A DNA stretch of 64,000 bases from Laetmonice hystrix (Eukaryota): positions 21,452,001 through 21,516,000 of the forward strand of contig OZ249447.1 of the NCBI GenBank assembly GCA_965235115.1, given 5' to 3'. A program made the translations under genes and the position numbers. Numbering within the stretch: the stretch's first letter is position 1; each line of letters begins with the position of its first letter. Positions 58,548 through 64,000 of the stretch are shown piece after piece. The notes under the pieces were generated by a model. It did not search any database, was not told the origin of the DNA, and saw nothing but the letters and a program-made list of their open reading frames with translations.

Positions 58548-59072
58548 ATTTGTATGGAATTAACATAAACTTTCCGAACATCTGCGCCATCTATCGGATA
58601 TTTACCAAATTTATGACCTCCCCTCGCGACCTCGACTTCAGGCTAGCAGAAAAATATTTTTTTCTTTGCCTTTGGCCTCTAGAAATACTTAATTGAATCG
58701 ATGATATTTTATTCGTTTATACTGCTATATAAACTATGCCATAAATTACGAAGTCGGCGTTATCTATCAAAAAGTTTATTGTTGACCTGACCCATTTATG
58801 GGGTCACCGACATGACTACAGGAAGTGACAAGTAGGCACGATCAGTTCGCTGTCCACGTACACGGCAGATCAAAACATGATCAAGTGAATGAAATAGAAT
58901 CAAATGGACAAAATTTTAACGAGTATAAGCTTTTGATTTGACCCACTGTCCTAGGAAAAGCGAGAGGTGCCTGTCTGCCGCGTAAGCAGCTAAGCTTGAG
59001 CCGGATTGTTGTCGGCAAAGTGGCCGCAGGCGGGGCCGACCACGTAGACAGAAAGACCGGGTTCGAGCAGAG

Positions 59073-59091
59073 ATGAAAATGACCACCCAAG
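59073..59091 (+). CDS. SLC41A1: Probable SLC41 first coding mini-exon (MKMTTQ)
   Basis: ATG then AAG|GTAACC phase-1 donor in a CpG-rich segment; splices in frame to 60814. Confidence 0.5.
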
Positions 59092-60382
59092 GTAACCAAC
59101 AGAGTGTATGGGAGAGCGTCTATATTTAACTGCACTGCAGGTTGATGGGTACCAAAGGGTGGGGCCCAGGGTGCTGGGTATGTGTGCTGCTGCTGCCTGC
59201 TGCTGATGTAATGTAATGTATGTCGGTGATGTGTATTGGGCTGCTCAGGCTCAGTCAAGGCACCAGCACAGGCGCAGCTCGCAGTCCGGGCTGGCCCACT
59301 TTGCCTTTGGCATTGGCCTTTGGCTTTGCCTTGCCAGGCTACACAGCAGCAGGAGCAGACTAAGAACCGAGTGTGGGAGGCAACGTCTCACATACCGTAC
59401 GGCATCACTGTTGGCACACTCACTCACTCACCAGGTCCAAGGGAATAAGGCGGACAACTCAAGGAAACTCAATTCTAGTGCTACCTCTGTGATGGACTAA
59501 TCTTCCTCACCTTGGATGTACGCTTACTCATATATGGTATTATAAGTCAAAATCTGTGCTAGAGAATCGTCAGAGAAAGAATCCTAGGAGGCTACAAGCG
59601 CCACATCATGATAATGAGGAGTCAGGCATAGTATACAGAGACAGACGTGAAGATTTCCTTTGCATTGATATTGCTAAAATTTTCTGTTTGCACTTGGATG
59701 TTTTGTAGCTACAATCAGTGGCAGTACACTGTCACTGCATGGAAGCGGTAAACATTGTTTCTCAGTCTCTCAATCTCTGCAAGTGATTAGATCAAATCAG
59801 ATGGTTGCATCAGTCTTCCATTCCAACCATCTTGATGTGTTGGCAAATATCTGGGCAATTATCATTTCCTTTTATTTATAGTCACTTCAAAGTATAAACT
59901 TATGCTGTGAGCTGACTCTAATTAAAAGGAAATTATAGAAGTCTGTAATTGTACTGGCCATCTAAATTTAACCATTAAACCTCTTGAGAACAACCCATTT
60001 CTGTTCATCTGTTTGCTGCATATTTAAGTTTACTGCAAAAATACCAATTCAGTCTGATTGAGAATATCTTTCGATAAACTGACATTTCAGTTGCTGTCGG
60101 ATTGCCAAAATAGCATGCCAATTTTCCTATTCACAATAAAGTTAAACGTAATTTACCCCCCCCCCCCCCCCCTACATTCATCCGTGTGAATTCATGCTTG
60201 TGGTCAGGGTGCCCGTCTGAACCTAGGACTGCTCCCCCCCCCCTGCAGTTTTAGGGTACATATGGCCCTGTCCTGGCAACCCTAGGGGCTGATAATAGAA
60301 TTTATATCAGTTTACTATCATACACACAGATCTTTTCCCAAAAAGATATTCACCTCACTATGTAGGAGGTTCAGTTTATGTT

Positions 60383-60480
60383 TGGAGAAATGCTAAAACT
60401 ATCAGAGACTGACCAATGAGCACCAGTTGATGGAGAAATGATAAAACTATCAGAGACTGACCAATGAGCACCAGTTGATG
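60383..60480. repeat. 48-bp direct duplication
   Basis: Copies start at 60383 and 60431. Confidence 0.9.
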
Positions 60481-60813
60481 AAATCAAGATGTCCCTATTT
60501 GAAGATGATACGTGCACACAGACAGATTACATTCTCATTAGATAGTCTTATCTTGAGTGAACCTATTGTTATCTCACAAATTTTCAGTGGCAGTTGAAGC
60601 AAAATTGTGTCAATGTGACAGGATGTTTACAGCATAGGCTGAATCTGTAGCTATTAGATTAGCTCGAGGCTTTCCTTTTGAAATCTTCTACAATCTATGT
60701 CATCAGAAGTGACTTTGGATGTAGTGGTTGATAATTTTGATGGTACTGATACCGTGCCCTTTATATATTTCAGTGCCCTTCGATTCTCCATCCTTTTCTC
60801 TCCTTTTCCTGAG

Positions 60814-61298
60814 GAGACGAGACGACTGCTTTGTTAACTGGCAAATCTGCAGCAATGTCGAATGTTTCGGAAGGCAGCACTGAACTGCGACACAGGAAAA
60901 TGGTGCCGCAAGCCACCCAGGATTTTCCCTTGGGCCCAATTGAGGCAAACCAAAGACAGAATCACCTGATGACAGCGTCCAAAGATTCTCCGGCCCTAAC
61001 AGAAGTGACTAGCCATGCAAGCGCAGGCTCCCAGTATGAAAAGATGTTTGAAAAAAGTGGGACAACAGATGGGGTGTTGGATGAAGGCAACAGACTCACG
61101 CAGCCCCTTTTAGCTGAGGAGTCAGACAGTGGAGGAGTTTCTGATGATACTTCGGGCTTGCGGGGAGAAACGGAACCAAAAACTGCTGTTAAAGTGCCCG
61201 AGGAAGCATCATGGCAGATTGCCTTACAGATCTTCTTCCCTTACATCATTGCTGGCCTTGGCATGGTGGCTGCTGGTATTGTGCTAGATATTGTACAG
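60814..61298 (+). CDS. SLC41A1: SLC41 family (MgtE-like) Mg2+ transporter, large 5' coding exon; gene continues beyond the window
   Basis: EASWQIALQIFFPYIIAGLGMVAAGIVLDIVQ|GTAAGT matches the first TM region of SLC41 proteins. In-frame ATG at 60855. The paralog (A1/A2/A3) cannot be resolved. Confidence 0.88.
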
Positions 61299-62522
61299 GT
61301 AAGTCAGTGTTAATGTTTGGTATATTGAATGTTATTGTCACTAATAGAATCTTAACACATACAACTGTAACCAAAAAAGGAAATCTATAGATCTTGTTTG
61401 CTCTAAAAGTGGGAATTCCTTCTCATTGAATTGTTACCTGGGGATTTGGAAAAGATTTGTATCGCAGTAAAATGGAATGAAGTATTCCAGTTGTTGTTAG
61501 ATGTTATATCAAATTTCCCCTCTCAATTGTGACTGGACTTTTGTTCTAAACTGTCGGGGTCAATGTATTATGGTAATGCATCAGATATGGTACACGTAGT
61601 TGAATGCATATTTCTGATAGGTCTAGATTTCACAAGATATGATGGCTAGATTTCACAAGATATGATGGCTATCTACTGTCCTTGCCTGAGATTTAACAAT
61701 GGCATGGTGACTTTGTATTGTGAATGCAAACATATTTATAAATGTAAAGTGGGGGTTTAGAATATGACCTACTTTAAGTGATTGCTGATAGTATACCGCT
61801 ATCATATTGATCCCATGTAGACACATGGCATGATGGTACAAGTTGTACCACAGAAAGAAACACTACTGGTAAGGGTGAAATATGATCAGACATACAGTCA
61901 AACCATTACAACCCCTCCCTCCCCACACATCATACCACCTGTATAGCCCTCTGTCCAGTCATCAGAAGAATTGGATTCTGTTCTCCTGTCTTTGACTTCT
62001 TTGGAAACTCTCACTTTCCCAATTATGTCCAAAATAGTTTAGGTCAGAGATAGCTAGTTTGTGAGTGAGTTATTATGACAGCCACATTCGCAGGGGTAGG
62101 GGTTGAAGCTTGAGCTATTGTTTGCAGAATGCTAAAACATATTTTTTCAGAGGCATCTAGACGACTGCATTGACGCATATTGCTTAAACCCGACTTTGTT
62201 ATATGCTTGTGTATACATTGTATATTTGAGTGTGTGGCATGTAAATCATTATTCACTTACCGTAGCCTGTACACCTAACATAATCTTCCTTTTCTCTTAT
62301 ACATGTGTAACATGTGTACGGCACCTCTGATAATTGGAAATTATGTCATTACCTTCAATACTGTTCATGGGAATATATCTATTGCCTGAATAAAATAATG
62401 AGCATGAATACGAAGGTTATAACATTCGGAATGGTCCATAGGAGTAAATGTGTAGTACCTTTTATGGCTACTACACTGCCTACGTGTCTGAGGCAAAAAC
62501 GCGCACTGGGAGCGTCGTTATT

Positions 62523-62596
62523 AGACTGGTTCCCGATCCCGCCGCTAGGTGGCTAGACTATGGTCTAGCACCTAGCGGCGGGATCGGAACCAGTCT
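62523..62596. mobile_element. 74-bp near-perfect palindrome (miniature foldback element)
   Basis: 62523-62558 pairs with 62563-62596 apart from two unpaired bases; 4-nt loop. Confidence 0.7.
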
Positions 62597-64000
62597 GCTG
62601 AGGAACATGAGCGACCCTGATTATCATCTAAGGCCCCGTAGGGCAGGCACTGGTGCTGACAGTGACACCTAGGTGTCAGGAGACAAATATATAATGGGGA
62701 AACATAGTACAATGTACATCTATCAAGAAAGATATAAATGACGTGGCGGGGTTATATGGACCTTGAAGGACACAGGTTGTAGATGTACCGGTGGGCACTA
62801 TCACAATCCAGACAGGTGCTCTGCTACAGTACACACACCCAAACTGTGAAAGACATTGACTCCATCCCCAAAAAGATTAAACAAAAGATTTTGAAATAAA
62901 ATTTCGCGAAATAAATTAATTTTACTAGCATTAGACTAAATACTAGTTAGACCCAGCAAGTCTTTAAACCAAACTGATGGGCGTGGTCTTGTGTCCAACA
63001 AATTCCGGTGATCATCAGTGAGAGACATGCATTGTGTAAAACAATGAAAGTTCCTCCACCTCCCATTATAAGGCCTGTCATGAAAGTATATGTGTAACAG
63101 TTAATGTTTGAGAGACACTGAAGAACACGTGATTTGTAAGTGTATGAAAAGCGAAATGGAATTTTTCAAGATAATGTGATATTTAACCATACTCTACTTT
63201 TACTAATACGATGGTCTAGAATTAATTACAGCATATGGTTATCATACTTGTGCCAAAGAAAACACAGTATTTCCAGTATTTGTTAATCGCATCAACCTAA
63301 TTTTGAGCTGATGGATAGTTCCGGATTCAAAACAATGTGTTTAACAATAATACAATCAATGCCAAAAAGAAAGACCAGACCAACCCTGTTATTGATCTAT
63401 AGCAATATGCTTGTCAATTTCCCAAGCAGTATGGCCAGTACTGATTTCTGGACAGGGCGTAAAACCTATTCGCCCACTCATTGGATCAGAGAATTATAAT
63501 GTTAGGATGACAGACACTGTCGGCGATTGTTGACGGCATCCTTTCATTGATGTGCACAGACAGAAGGTAAAAAAACAACAACATCCAGAACAATGGTGAA
63601 GGATCGTTGTACATACACAGTCATCTTAGTCGGAACATTCCTTATTAGGCCGGCCAATCGTTTTCCTCACTCATGTACGTGTCCCCAGAATTTCCAAAGG
63701 GTGGGTCGAATTTAGCTTCGGGACGCCGGTGTATTATGTGAGTGAGCTGCAAATAAGAATTTCTCAACAAAACAGGCCTGAAACGTGACACAGTAGACGG
63801 GGGAAGGTTATGTTTGGCTGTACCGGTAACTGAAGACGTGATACACGCCATATTTGATCCTCTTTGATAGTATCCCAAGGATTATCTTTGCCCGTCTATT
63901 GAGATTGCCACACAAGTCATATTGATACGGCGTCGGCTTTTGTACTGTTTCCATGGAGAGCAAGCCAGGAAAGTTCCACAGTTTCATTATTCAGCACTCA

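Noticed and set aside
59216-59500. ORFs upstream of the SLC41 exon
   Set aside because: They have non-ATG or weak starts, no family similarity and no supported splice into 60814.
1224-60243. Poly-G/poly-C runs as G-quadruplex elements
   Set aside because: They are simple homopolymers scattered through introns with no positional pattern, and their length is error-prone.

Overview
Intron-rich animal genomic DNA. The frequent TACATGTA/ACCGGTA words and many minisatellites suggest a marine invertebrate such as amphioxus (inference only). The supplied ORF track uses bacterial-style starts and is mostly noise or repeat-derived, so genes were rebuilt by hand from splice sites and reading phase. (1) A complete minus-strand receptor protein tyrosine phosphatase of the PTP99A/PTPRG-PTPRZ (R5) type has 27 phase-consistent coding exons (53366->8633, 3690 nt, 1229 aa): signal peptide, one V-type Ig, four FN3, TM, an active D1 ([10 protein letters not shown]), an inactive D2 (VVDKFGGTE) and a C-terminal ETTM. 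(2) TSR2 (6 exons, 54858-57760, 182 aa) lies head-to-head with it. (3) The 5' part of an SLC41 (MgtE-like) Mg2+ transporter follows at 59073-61298 and continues past the window. (4) The probable 3' exons of an unidentified plus-strand gene lie at 1-4000. The most interesting signal is a hidden layer of extra exons in the phosphatase gene: a diverged duplicate of a D2 exon (11476-11601) tied to a dual-frame last exon, a 42-nt in-frame cassette in D1, a candidate early terminal exon that would remove both phosphatase domains, and a recursive-splice/poison-type exon in the 13-kb intron. The window also has oriented CTCF-type motifs, palindromic MITEs and about ten tandem arrays. No CRISPR, rRNA or tRNA is supported.
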